A program made the position numbers and the translations under genes. Positions 1-13,829 of a DNA stretch of 64,000 bases are shown here, in pieces. The number at the start of each line of letters is the position of its first letter. Position 1 is the stretch's first letter. The notes under the pieces were generated by a model. That model ran no database searches and was not told the origin of the DNA. It saw only the letters and a program-made list of their open reading frames with translations. Source of the DNA: Octopus sinensis (Eukaryota); NCBI RefSeq assembly GCF_006345805.1, contig NC_043000.1, positions 109,926,001 through 109,990,000 of the forward strand, written 5' to 3'.

Positions 1-1029
1 CCCTGGCACCTCTTCATCACCACTTTCTTACTCTACCGACTGGAGTGTCCATGTGTCTCTTCTACTGCAAGACACCTATTCTGCCCTTGTCTCACACTTT
101 AGCCTCTCACCACGAAACTACCTTGCTTAATACAATACCCTTCTCAGTTGAGGGGGTATCATCTTGTGAGTTACTTGGTGATCTTACTTGTGCCAGTGCC
201 ACAGAAGAAAAGCACTCTGTATCCTCTGAAAGGTGGTTGGTGTTAGGAAAGGCATCCAGTTGTAGAAACCATGCCAAACAGACACAGGAGCTTGATGCAG
301 TCCCCTGGCTTCCCAGCTCCCATTGAAATGTCCTCCAGCCCATGCCAGCACAGAAAACGGACAATAAATAACAATGTTACAGTTACTGCCTCAGAAAAAT
401 CAAATTTTCTATTTTTAAAATAGTGCAGTTCTTTTCTTCTAAATTTGCCTCGTAATTAAACAACTGATCATTTTCCAGCCATAGATTGCATTCTAAATAT
501 TCTTCAGAGCCATCTATTTATCTATCAATATATCTGTTTTCAATTTTATTGATTTACATATCTAGTCGGTTGCTTCATAGTCATAACTTATATTTCTACA
601 ATAATTGATTTGGCTGTCACACACCATTCATTCATGGTTGTCTTTTAAATCTGATGCCTGTTTGTGGTTTATTTTAACATGAAGACAGTAGCCATGGTGA
701 AACAGAGAGTTGGGCATCAAATGTCTGCAATTTCTTCTTGATCATAGGTTTAACCAAGAGATAGATCTATTTCAACCTTGTGGGTTCATGAGTATAGAAG
801 AGCTTAAACCTCTCCTTACGATGTTTCTATCAAGATACATTGCTTTTATTTCATAGTTTTGAAAATGATGAACAATTGGCTTAAGAGACACCCTTAATAT
901 AATGTTAAATCTTGGTATAAGATATTTTTTCTTCATAGTTTTAGCTTTGTCCTATGTATGTGTCACATCCCAGTTTTTTTTTTTTTGGAGGTGGGGTTCC
1001 AGTTAAAACCAAATATATAGAACGGTGCT

Positions 1030-1412
1030 ACTTTATATGAGTGCCATATAAAACACACCATTCAAGCGTGGTTGATGCCAGTGCCACCCGACTAGCTCCA
1101 ATCCCAGTGGCACCTAAAAAGCACTATTCAAACATGGTCAATGCCAGTGCCACTTAACTGGTTCCCATGCCAGTGGCACCTAAAAAGCACCATTCAAGCA
1201 TGGTCGATGCCAGTGCCACCTGACTGGATCCCATGCCAGTGGCATCTAAAAAGCACTATTTGAATATGGTTGATGCCAGTGCCGCCAGACTGGCTCTCAT
1301 GCCGGTGGCACCTAAAAAGCACCCATCTGGTGCAGCCTCTTGGCTTGCCAGTCCTCAGTCAAGCTGTCCAACCCATGACAACATGGAAAACAAACATTAA
1401 ACGATGATGATG
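1030..1412 (+). mobile_element. RTE 3' UTR fragment with a hairpin subrepeat array. Similar copies: about 8440-8790+, 13290-13622+, 24358-24880-, 45893-46170-, 47740-48098+, 58975-59230-, 60282-60570-, 61210-61690+, 61730-61993+, 63720-64000+
   Basis: Shares subunits (gtggcacYtaaaaagcacc...) and the ~130 bp terminus with the LINE 3' end at 16713-16900. Confidence 0.85.
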
Positions 1413-2104
1413 TTTCATTATTAAGATGGTGTTCCTTGTTTCAATTTATTTCGAAAATAATGAAGAAATTAGTAAAATAACTTTGTTGTTAATTAAGCTG
1501 GTGTTTGGAACATAAATGAACCTGAAATTTTGATGGAAGACGGTTTTAATTTCGGTCACTTTAAAACAAGAAACTTGTATCACCAGAGTGGTGTTAGATG
1601 AGTTGGTTTTGGTGACTGAGAGTACAAGACTTGCCCCTGAATAAGATGCCAGTCCATCACAGGGTTAACCTCCATTTATCACTGGTACTCGTTTCCAGCA
1701 GAATGGATTGGTGCATGAAATGAAGTGGCTTGCTCAAGGAAGCAATGTGCTGTCTGGCCCCAGATTTAAACCTATGACCTAACACTTGTTAATCTCAATA
1801 CCCGAACCAGTAGGCCACACCTAGTGAATGATGAAAGCATTAATGAATGATGAGCAATAATGACCCCAAGAGAGGGGAAAATGGGTGCAGTGACAATCAT
1901 GCCTCTCCCACGAGGAACAGGGGTTGTTGCTTATGCCTGCTGTAAAAACATCTGCACATTAAATGAGTCATTGTGGAAACAGGTGCCTTACTTGGAAACA
2001 ATTAAGGGTCTGTGACAGGAAAGGCACCTAGCTGCAGAATACTATTGCTTTAACAAATTACGGTTAACCTAAGCCAACATTGAAATCTCAGATATAAAAA
2101 TGAT

Positions 2105-2455
2105 GATTAGAAAATTACTATTTTAAAATTTCACGAGAGATATTCAGCCACAGTACTTTGTAGTAAAGATTGTTTGTCAACATAACATGGCAATCCTGGT
2201 TTAAGGAATTTGGCAGCGCCACCTCTAGCCAAACAATTATTCTGTGCTTTTGAAGGGAAATATCCTGGAAATCACAATACACAGATATTGTTTTGAGCTG
2301 AGTGGGGGTGCTAGATTCCTTTCTTTGAAAATATAAGGACACAGATCGTGTCGTATAGCCAGCTGGAGACGATGTCTCCTGGGGCTAAATTACAGCAACA
2401 TTTGTCCTAAACCAGGACTGCCATTCTATGTTGGCAGACAGTCTTTACTATAAAA
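2105..2455. mobile_element. MITE-like element with long inverted repeats; related copy at about 50160-50400
   Basis: aaagattgtttgtcaacataacatggcaatcctggtttaagga pairs with tcctaaaccaggactgccattctatgttggcagacagtcttt. The 50160 copy shares the left end and the reverse complement of 2290-2440. Confidence 0.65.
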
Positions 2456-3658
2456 ATGATGATGATGCACACACATAGATACATGCACATGCACACAGAT
2501 GTAGTCACGCACACACAGACACACACTAGCATGACGATGAGGGTTATAGGTTACTCAGGAAAAGGATGAAGAAAGAAGAAAAAAAAGAATCTCACATATC
2601 TGTATTTGATGTATCTTTAGGTTTTCTTCATTGCAGACATTTTGGTATTGGTATCAATCAATATTGGCTATAAATTCTCATTCTGTTTGCCAGAAGACCG
2701 ATGACTATTTTGCCCACATCATAAACTGCTCTCGAATTTATGGAGCCTTCATTAGGAGATTCTTGCAATTAATGGCTTTTTTGTTTTTCTCTGACAGGTT
2801 TTTTTTTTATTGCTGCTGTAGTATTTTGTTTAGCCAGAAATATATAAAAAGATAACTTTGTTTGTGAGACATTTGTCTAGTCATTTGATGAAAGAAATAA
2901 AGAAACTTTACATTGTGTGTGTGTGGTTTCATCTAAATTGTTTGGCTGTTTTGTTAGTGAGGCTGTATCAGTGCGGTAAGGAGGGGAGGAGATGAAGTCG
3001 GCAATATATTGTCATCACATTATGTTGTATTATGTTATAACTGTAGTTAATGGACATGTCTACCAGTCTGATTAATTTATTGAGAGTGGACAATGGTGAT
3101 GCAATTCTTTCTTTGAGAAATTCAAACAAGTCTTGAAGCTAGACTTGCTGTGTTTTATTTTATTCTGTTTTATTGGAGATTATGGCTGCTTTTTTAATAG
3201 TGTCACTTTATCAATGCTCAAAGTGTTTCCACATATATATAGGCATCTATATATCATACTTGATGTATATACACTGTTGAGAGGCCAGTCAGTGTGATGC
3301 TTGTCTTGAGATAATGTCTCCTTCTTTGGAACATGCTGTGTTGAAAACAATAAATATCAGAAAGACAGTAAATCACCCCAGCAGCTGTCAGTTATTTGCA
3401 ACATCAGCGAATGGTGTATAAAACCATTCCTAATTTTGAAGTGATGAATTCTTGACTGAGCATGTGGGTATGTGCCATTGAAAGGGCCCAAAGAGGCTGA
3501 AATGCATCTAGTGTCCTCACTGGCTGATAGGGACAAATTCTTGTCTTTCCCTGATATTTATTGTGGTTTTAAGTGCAGCAAGTCTATGAGAGAAGACATC
3601 TTAACACAAACCCTGCAGTAATTGGTCAGTCAACATCTGTACACATTGTGATTCGTGG

Positions 3659-3867
3659 ATGGCTGTTTTAATTCAATACTGCCTCAGTTGCATATACTGG
3701 AGATGTATGTGTGTGTACACATACATAATAATTATGATCATCGTGTTAATGTCTGCATGGAAGATTGCAAATGGATGCCACTGCTTATATGAGGCTGATG
3801 ATATTTATATAGAAGTAGCATTGTATTCCCAAGACAATGAGATACCAACACACAAATGTGTGTGCAG
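3659..3867 (+). CDS. Candidate first coding exon with a signal-peptide-like hydrophobic stretch
   Basis: ORF MAVLIQYCLSCIYWRCMCVYTYIIIMIIVLMSAWKIANG-CHC... in non-repetitive sequence, followed by a good donor CAG|gtatga (phase 2). No recognisable homology. Confidence 0.25.
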
Positions 3868-4589
3868 GTATGAAAATTGTTCAAATAAGAGAAACAAAGT
3901 GAGAGAATAGATGTTTTGTTTGATAATCCATTTATATATCATCATCATCTTCATCGTTTAACATCTGTTTTCTATACTGACATGGTCGGGATGGTTTGAC
4001 CAGAGCTGGCCAGCCAGGGAGCTGCACCAGATGTAAATTGCCTGTTTTAGCATGGTTTTGATGGCTTGATGCCTTTCTTAATGCCAACCACTTTACAGAT
4101 TACACTGGGCGCTTTCTATGTGACATCCTCAACTTTCCCCAACTAGTTTCGGCTGGATTGTTTGACCCTCTGATTAGCTGCAGAGCTGCTGCACCATTTC
4201 CCAATATCGTTTTTGTCACAGTTTCTATCCCCGAGCGCTCTTCCCAATGCCAACTACATATATGCAATGGGCTTCTTCACTTCCTGTCGACCTGTACGGG
4301 TCAGATGGAATGTGTTGGGGGCAGATTTTCTATGGCAGTTGGCAGCCTCTACCTGTTTCCATGGCCTTTTTGTTCTATCACTTGTTTCAGACACTAGACT
4401 GTAGCCATGCTGGAGCAACACTTTGAAAGGTTTTAGTTGAACAAAAATTGATCAGAGTCCTTAGGTTTTTTACTAATTCTGCTACTTATTTTTTCAGTCT
4501 CTTTTACTGAATTTTTAAGCTAAGTTATGAGACATAAACAAACCAACACTGGTTGTCAAGTATTGGTGGGGGACAAACACTAACACAAA

Positions 4590-4957
4590 GACACGAGACC
4601 TATTGAGTCAAGTACATCAACATCAAAATAAATATCAAATGGAAATTGTAGTTGTGATATCTGTGCCGGTGGCACGTAAAAGAACCATCCGAACGTGGCC
4701 GATGCCTGTGCCGGTGGCACATTAAAAGCACCAACCGATCGTGACCGATGCCAGCCTCCCCTGGCACCTGTGCCGGTGGCACATAAAAAGCACCCCACTA
4801 CACTCACGTAGTGGTCAGCATTAGGAAGGGCATCCAGCTGTAGAAACTCTGCCAGATCAAGACTGGAGCCTGGTGCAGCCTCCTGGCTTCCCAGACCCCA
4901 GTCGAACCGTCCAACCCATGCTAGCATGGAAAACGGACGTTAAACGATGATGATGAT
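4590..4957 (+). mobile_element. RTE 3' UTR fragment nested in a family A SINE (about 4380-5105, minus strand)
   Basis: gtgccggtggcac subrepeats plus the ttaggaagggcatccagctgtagaaac...gttaaacgatgatgat terminus; SINE halves lie on both sides. Confidence 0.8.
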
Positions 4958-6044
4958 TGTCTTCTACACAGTTTTCATCTAGCAAACCCACTTACAGGGT
5001 TTGGGGCTGTAGTAAAAGACACTTGCCCGAGGTGTTGTGTAGTGGGATTGAACTCCCAAACTACATGGTTGTGGAGCAAGCCCCTTAACCCCACGACCAC
5101 CCTATGCGGGTATGTTTTCATCAAATGATGACAACCAGGGTAGCAGAGTGGGTAAGGCTTTGTAGGACTCCACCTGTTGCCTTCGTTTCCAGTTGTAGCT
5201 ATTTACCTTGTGGTGTTCGTGCTCGTGGGAAAGGCATGAATGACACAGCTTCCGCAACTCATCAATAAATATCTCTGATTGCAAAAGGTTAAGCAATTGA
5301 CTTTGCTTATTGCACCGGTGCACAATGCAAATAAATATTGAGCTTATTTATATATTTTATTATTTTTTTTTTGTAATTTGTTTCAATTTTATTTTAACCA
5401 GCTGTTATTTAGTCTGTGTGTGTGTGCATCCACATGTGCATGTGTGTATGTTTGTTTGTGCATATATGTGCGATGCATATTGCATGTATATGCATCCACA
5501 TATCCACGTGTGTGTAAGTGTATATTTATATTGTGTATATATTTATGTGTGTATGTATATATTTGTATGTGCATCCACATGTGTGTGTGTGCATTGGTGT
5601 TAGTAACATATTCTCAGTGAATTACTCCTCAATGATACCAATTACAGCTTCTAGATACCCACCTCCTCACACACACCCACACACGAACATTAATGGAAAT
5701 CATTTAAAAAAAGATCATTAAAGTTAAACACAAAACCAAATGTACAAAAATGTCATGACTACTAATTTAAACTAAAAACTCTGCACTTTTTTATCCCCCC
5801 CACACATTTTCTTCGTTTTTTTTATTTTTAGTTCTTCATTGAAATAGTGTTGTTCTAAATTATTTTGTTCCAGAAAAACATATTTCTGTATTTTGTTTGT
5901 GTTTTACTTTCACCAGCTTTTACTCCTCTCTCTCTCTCCCTCTCTCTCTCTCCCTTTAATTTCTATAAAATTCTTCCTCTGCCATAAATACAGTCTTGAA
6001 ATGAAAATGTATTATATATTTTCTCACATTAATCTGAGTTGCAT

Positions 6045-6340
6045 CCATCCAGTCATCCATCTATCTATCCATTCCTGAAACGGTTGTGGGAGTAGAACCC
6101 TTAGATCCCTCTGCCATAGGTCCACTCAGAAGCAACAGTCGCAACACTTTCTGGCTGGGTTCCCAAGCATAACAAACCGAGTCTGTCATCAAACCTTTCA
6201 TTCTAGACTGACCCTCAGGTCTCCTGTTTGTTGGCTCAGCTTGAAGAATCTGTCTTGCATTCTTTTCCGATAACATTCTCATTGCATATCTGTTTTACTG
6301 AAACTGTGACCTCTCAGTGCAGACAGAGACCTAGAGAGAC
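6045..6340 (-). mobile_element. Degenerate RTE-type (Rex3/Expander-like) 3' end
   Basis: ARQILQAEPTNRRPEGQSR...AW...LRLL followed by a GGAT/GATA tail. Confidence 0.5.
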
Positions 6341-9300
6341 TCCACTAATCTCGGAGCCATGCACCTTTCACAGACCCCACCCCCACCCAGGGGAACCCTA
6401 TTTCAGTTGTTTCTATTCACAATTGTGTTTTTTCAGTCATTAACCAGCATTTATGCCAATGTTGGGTAATGGTACAACAGTTCTTCAAGTTCATATAAAT
6501 AGACATGGCTGTGTGGTTGAGAAACTTGTTTCGGAACCACATAGTTTGAAGTTCACTCCCGCCACATGGATATTGTTGATCAGTAGAGGACACTGGAAGA
6601 CACTGTCCATGCAGTGGACAGGGACTGTGCTTGACCAATACCTTGTGAATGAAATTTGTGAGATGGAAACTGTAAGAAGCCCAGCATGTATAAATATATG
6701 TGTATGATAGGTGCAGATGTAGCTGTGTGATAAGAAGTTTGCTTTCCAGCCACCATGTGGTTTCAGATTCAGTTCCATTACGTGACACCTTGGGCAAGTT
6801 TCTTCTCCTATAGCCATTGGCTAAGCAAAGCTTTGTGAGTTGATTTGATTCATTGTGTGTGTGTGTGTGTGTAGACTTAGTAGCCTATGACTTTTTCGCT
6901 ATTCTTCAATCTCCTGGTCAAGTCATCTAAATGCATTGAATCAAAGATTTTAGTATGAAAGTTAATTTCTAAACGGGAAATCTTTCATGCCATGTGTGCT
7001 TGTCTCTGTGTATTTTTGTGTGACTCTGTGTGTATGTGTGTGTGTGTGTGTGTATGTCTCCTTTCCTTGAGATGACATGGTAGTTGCAAACATTACAATT
7101 ATTTCCAATCTTCTGTGGAAACCCATCTGGTCATGGGGGAATATTACGTGACTTGGAAACAGGTGAGGGTTGGCAGTCAGATAGGCATCTGGTCATAGAA
7201 TATCTTCCTCAGCAAATTGCATCCGACCTATGCAAGCATTACATTAAAATATGTTGTGTGTATGATTGAGTCTGTATTCATCTTGTCGTCACATGTGTGC
7301 ATTCCTGATTGCATGTCTGCATTGTGTGCATTTTTGATTGCACGTGTGCACTGGTTGCATGCAATCTTCCTCTGAGCATGTCTCAACTTATTCACTGTGC
7401 AATAGAATGGACTTACTTGGAATCGGGTGAATGTCGGCACAGAGTATCTGGTCATAGAAGATTTTGATTCGGTGAAGACTCGTTTTGATCCGTGGTTGCA
7501 TGGAAAGCTAAATGTTGAAACAATGGCTTTGATGATAACCTGACTTGGTGAAGAATTGGATGTGATTCTTAAGACTGATTTCTATACACTGAAGGAGGAT
7601 TACATTGGATGTCAAGTGGGGACTTAAATATGTGGTGAAGAAATGGTTTCAGATTCAGCCCCAGTGTAGCATCTTGGGCAAGTTTCATGGAATGTTACAA
7701 ATTACATTGTTTTATAATTGAGGTATTGTTTTTTTAATATATCCTCCAATTTGAAATAGCATTTAAAATTGAATGATAACTTTTCTAAATATAAGCAAAA
7801 ATTTCTGCTTGTTCTCTCTCTCTCTCTCTCTCTCCATCTCTCTATTTTAAAACAAATGAAAGAATTAGGGTTGCTCGTAGAAAGAGTCTTTTCATATTTC
7901 AATGTCCGAACACGCCATTTTGATAAGTAAATAAGGAGAAGAAAAAAAGGATGAACGGTTTTAGTGAAATGTAGGGCAGAAACTTGAAATATCAAAGTGA
8001 AGCTAAGCTAAAAACCAGTTGGTATTGAGGTCATTTCATTCTCACGTGTTGGATTTCATTTTCAGTTAAGAGTGCTTTATAACGACAACTGTGACTGGCT
8101 TCATTTTATCAATGCTAGCAATCCAATATGCTGGCAGTGTTACAATGAACAATTACAAAGCCCTGATGTTGCTGTAGTCATGCTCTTGGGATGATAGAGA
8201 TGCCATATAAGCCATAGATTCTGTGGCTCTTGGTCTGGTTCTTTCATGAGTTGAGAATCAATACACCTGCAGTTGGCAGCTTGCTCCATTTAGCTATTGT
8301 GTGTTCGTCCCTACCTCCATCACAACATTTAGAAGATGTGAGAGAAGTGTCACCTGTTGGACTCAAACAACGGTTTAACCCTTCAACATTTAGATTATTC
8401 AGCCAAAGGTAATACTTTTTTCATTCATGACAGTACCACCTGATTGGCATCCGTGCCAGTGCCAGCTGATTGGTGCCATGCCGGTGGTATGTAAAGAGCA
8501 CCATTCAAGCACGATTGTTGCCAGTGCCACCTGGCTGGCTCCCTCCTATGCTGGTGGCACATAAAAAGTACCATTCAAGCGTGGTTGATGCCAGTACTGC
8601 CTGACTGGCTCATGTGCTGGTGGCACATAAATAGCACCCATTATACTCTCGGAGTGGTTGGAGTTAGGAAGGGCATCCAGCTGTAGAAACTTTGCCAGAT
8701 CAGATAGGAGCCAGGTGCAGCCTCCTGGCTTGCCAAACCATCCAGCCCATGCCAGCATGGAAAGTGGACGTTAAACGATGATGATGATGATGTTGCTTTG
8801 AATTAATCATACATTACTATGTAGCTTTATGATTTTGATTTTTAGAAGGACATTGTAGGGCAGGTGTGAGAGGATGGATCTGACCAGTTTGAACATAAAA
8901 CAAGTAGTATATTTGAGCTGGATAATGCTAAATGGTTAAACATTTCATAAAAGTAACTTGGATTGCAAGTATTTATCCAATAAACTCGACCACCCTTAAT
9001 TTTTGGTCCCAACACATTTGCTGGGGTGAACAAGTAGCCTTGGTCTGTTTCATATTGAGGAGGTTGTCAGATGGGGAAGGATTCCATATGTAGTTTAGGA
9101 ATAAAAACAGAAGGTTAGCACTTTCCACTGGGTGGCACACCAGTTGGGCAGGAGACATTTCCTGTTGCTTATTTGGCATCGCTGACTCAATGGTGACTTG
9201 TTTGACATCAGACCTTTTAATGTCCCTCTCTCCCCGTACCTCCACCCCTTCCTCTCTGTCTTTTATGTGTAAGCATATTTGTCTTTTGATGTGTATGGAG

Positions 9301-10649
9301 AGAGGGAAAGTCATCATCATCGTGATTATGATGATGATGATGATCCCTTTCTTTGTGTTTCTGTCAATCATCTTCAAGTAATAAATTGTAATGTCTCTCC
9401 CTGTCTCTCCATCTCTGTCTCTCTCTCTCTCTCTCTCTGTGCCTTGTGAGTATTTGTGTATTTGCCTCCAGTGCCAAAACAGGCTGAAAGTCCACTTGTC
9501 TGTGCCAAATCGTGTCATTCCATCGACAATACCAGATGTAACCTGAAGATACAGAGGAACATGTTAACACAAATCACTTGATCTTGATGACATAACCATT
9601 TTCTTCATTCCAAGCTTTGTATGCAAGGAACAGCAGAAGAAAAATACTGTTACAGTTGTATATAAACACATGCACACACACAACGTTTGTGTGTGTGTGT
9701 GCTGTAGGTCTCAAGCTTCTTTTCGTGTAATCTATCTGATTTGTTTTATCCTACATTTTAACCTAAAAGTAAACAAAGGTCAAAGATTAATCAGGACAGT
9801 GGAAGGAGTGGGGGCGGATTGAAACATTATAATGTTATTATTTTTGTAGATAAACTAAATAAACAATCACAGAATCTGTTGTTTTACTTCACTCTACCAA
9901 CCATCATTATCTCTGACTGTCCTCTCTCTCTCTCTCTCTCTCTCCCTCTCCCCCCCTCTCTCTCTCTCTCTCTCTCACAGCTTTGTATTGTGGGTGTGGG
10001 GTTTCATTTCTTGGTCTCTCCAAGTGCAAACCTCACCAGGGATTATCTTTACTCTCTGCCCTTCTCAGTCTCCTATAAGCTGTGCAGCAGAGTGCTTTAC
10101 ACTCTGTGAAGTGGTCGGCATTAGGAAGGACAACACCCAGCCATGGAAACCATGTCAAAGACGACCTTGGAGCAGGACACATCCCCGTGGTTCACTGGGT
10201 CCTGTCAAAACATCCAAGCCATGCCAGCATGGAAGATGGACATTAATTGTTGATGGGGATGATGATGATGATGATGCTGCTGAAGGTTTTTTCTTATGCC
10301 ACTAAGATGGCCATGGAAACCAGATTCATTAAGAACTCAGCAAAAAGACAGATCAATTGTCATGAAGACAAAATTATTTCACTGGGGAAGTGTGTGTCCC
10401 TTAGTAAGGGTTTGTGGTTGAGTATTCTATATTGGGAAAGAAGGGGTTCATTTCCAGTCTTCCATGAAAAACCTGTGTAGCCATGGGAAAATATTACTTT
10501 GGTTGTCACAGCCCTGCTAACTGCAACATTGCAGTCCAGTAGCCACCCACCCCTACTCTATATACCCAGGTTTCCACCACTCACTGCATTCCCCTCCCTC
10601 TACTCTCTACTCACGCTTCTTTGGTAGTGCCCTGCCTCTTATATTATGA

Positions 10650-11353
10650 CCTCTGTACCTCAAGGCTTTGCCCTGACACTTTCCACCATTCATCTCGCTC
10701 TCCTTTTATTTAACCATCCCATTTATATTCTGATCCCTTGTGTTTATGCCTGGCACTTCACCACCATCTCTCTCATGCTCTCTCTTGCACTCTCTCCTCC
10801 TGCTCTTCTCTCTGCCTGGGTAACCATGAATCTCCTTTACACCAGCACACCCATTTCTGTCTTCATTCTTGATCTCTCTCTCTCTCTCTCCCCAGCCAGG
10901 TAATCTTGTACCTCCTCTACAGCAAGACACCTCTGTTTCTGTCTCTTTGTCACACTCAAACCTTTCATCATCAGCTGACACAAGATCACCTTCCCCAATG
11001 CCCCTTCTTCGCCTCTCAAAGGACTTTTGTCTTGCAAGTCACTTGGTGACCCTGCCAGTCAGTGCTGATGCTACTTAAAAAGCGTCCAGTCCACACTAAC
11101 GTGGTTGGCATTTGGAAGGGCATCCAGCTGTGAAAACCATGCCAAAACTGACCTTAACTGTGCTTGTGCCACATAAAAAGCACTGAGTCCCCTCTGTGGA
11201 GTGGTTGCTGTTAGGAAGGGCATCCAGCCATAAAAACCCTGCCAAAACACAGAAGTCTGGTGGTGCAGTCTTCTGCCTGGCCAGCTCCTGTCAAACTGTC
11301 CAACCCATACTAGCATGGAAAGCAGACGTTAAATGATGATTATGATGATGATG
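10650..11353 (+). mobile_element. Related RTE-type 3' ends with a CT-rich upstream segment (also about 1-370 and 36900-37582)
   Basis: CT-rich block, then tcttgcaagt(c/t)acttggtga, then the same GAT-tailed terminus. Confidence 0.65.
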
Positions 11354-12241
11354 TTGGAAACGGGTGAGTGTTAGCAACAGGAAGGGGATCCAGTCGTAGA
11401 AAACCTGTTTCAACAAAGTTTAACCTGACCCATGCAGGCATGGAAAGAGGGATGTTAAATGATGATGATGGGTCCAGCAAACTGAGCCAGAAGAGGGGGA
11501 CAAGTTTTTGCAACATGTTTTGTCCTTGACCCTCTGAATCTCAATCGTTAAGCTTCTTTGTTGTTATTGAAAAAAAAGAAAAAAGAAACTAAGTGATGCT
11601 AATAGAAGTGGTACCTAGGTACTGTTGTTGTTGTTAGTTGTAGTGGTAGTCACGATACTGACATTTGTTGGTGGTAGCTGTAGTGCTGGTGTCCCCGCCT
11701 ACAGGACAGTAGCTGGAGTAAAGCTAATGGTGGTGGTGGTGGTGGGGGGGGGGTGATGGCAGAGTAAAGACGGTGGTGGTGGTGTTAGCAGCTGTGGTGT
11801 TGATAATGGCTGTTAGAGGGAAGGCATTTATTAACTAGCTATGTAGAACAACAGTAATTATCTATTTATAAAATGATGGCGATGAGGAGGAAGAGGGAGA
11901 CATTGATTTTAATCACCATGCTATTAAATAAAAGGAAAAAAGACTTGTTCTTATTTTTGCTGGTTTTGTTTTTTTGTTTTTGTTTTTGCTTGGTTGTTTG
12001 TTGTTAGTGTTTTGATTTAGATAAAATTGCCCAAAACAATTTAGATTGATTGAGGGTTGGGTGGGGGAGATCTTGAATAGAAATAAAGAAAAAACAAAAT
12101 ATAGAAAGAAGAAGAAAACCCTAACCCCCGTCCCTCCCATCACTGTAATCTGCCTTTTGCTCCTCCTGGGCCTTAATGATAGCCTTTCTCTATAAGAAAC
12201 ACTTCAATTGAATGCTTTATGTAGTTAATCTCTTTTCACTA

Positions 12242-12272
<31 letters not shown>

Positions 12273-13770
12273 TTGTTACGGTCTTTATCATCATCGCCAT
12301 GTGACATTTGTTTTCCATCCTGGCATGGGTTGGTCACTTTGACCTGAGCTGATGAGCCACAGCACTGCATTTAATTTCAATTGTCCATTTTGGCCTGGTT
12401 TCTATGGCCGGATGCCCTTCCTAACACCAACCACTTTACAGGGTATGGACTGAGTGCTTTTTTTACATGGCAGCAGAACCATTGAAGTGATCGAGTAACT
12501 TGCAGGACAAAACCCTGTCACGTGAGTGGAATGTGAAAGTAAGAACCAATGTCTTGCTGAAGAGGTAAAAACATTGCTTCCCCTGTTGGAAATTGAGAGA
12601 AAAAGGGTGAGCACTGAGGCCACCACATGTCTTTTGCAAGACAAAACCCTTCAGCTGACGGAATGGTATCATCCTTGAAAATTGCTGGCCTCCTGTTTCT
12701 CTAAGAGACACTTATTATTTGCTGGGTGGCAAGCGGGTAGAATGGTTGGCACCCTGGATAAAATGCTTATTGGCATTCATTCCAACACATTCTGAGTTCC
12801 GTTCACGTCAAGATCTACCTTGCCTTTCACCTGGTTGATAAAATAAACATTCCAGTCAATGTAATTGGCTTGCCCCACCCCTCCCCAGAAATTGTAGGCC
12901 TGGTTTCAAAATTTGAAACCAAAAGCAGTGAGATGGTAGAATTGTTTAGCACGGGCAAAATGCTTTGTGGCATTTCTTAGCATTTCCTCCTTTTTGGGTG
13001 GGTGGGGGGTGGGGTTGATAGAATAAAGTACCAGTGAAATACTGGTGTCAATGTAATGAACAAACAGCCAACCACCAAAATGGCTGTTAATGCACCAAAA
13101 TTAAAAATGATAATTTGTTTTTTAAAAACTGACTTTTTTTATTTTATAAGGAAGAATTTACAGTGGTTTAAGAGTTTGTCGATAATTTGGATTGCGATCC
13201 GTTTGTTTGTTTGTGGTCTTTAAAGTTGCATCGGGGAAAGCTGGAAGGCCTATAACCTATAATGGGTTGATTGTACGGTAGGTGTCGGTGGCACGCAAAA
13301 AGCACTATCCGAATGCATCTGTACTGGTGACACATAAAAAGCACTATCCGAACGTGATCGATGGCAATGCCCCCTGACTGGCTCCCATGCCGGTGGCACG
13401 TAAAAAGCACTATCCGAATGTGGTTGATGCCTGGCTCCTGTGCTGGTGGCATGTAAAAAAGCACCCACTACACTCTTGGAGTGGTTGGCATTAGGAAGGG
13501 CATCCAGCTGTAGAAACCTTGCCAGATCAGATTGGAACCCGGTGCAGCTGCTGGCTCTCCTGACTTCAGTCAAACCGTCCAACCCATGCCAGCATGGAAA
13601 GCAGATGTTAAACGATGATGATGTGTGTGTGTATGAGAAAGAGAAACAGAATTAGTGTAGCAGGTAAAGACCTTTGCTCTTGCTTACGCAATACACATTT
13701 ATATAATGTACATTCATTATATATGTATGTGTGTATGTATGTGTGTGTGTGTGTGTGTATGTATGTGAGT

Positions 13771-13829
<59 letters not shown>

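Noticed and set aside
9443-9545. Possible small exons on either strand (+ PKQAESPLVCAKSCHSIDNTR; minus strand after ctgtatcttcag)
   Set aside because: Donors are weak or non-canonical, and there is no partner exon or recognisable domain.
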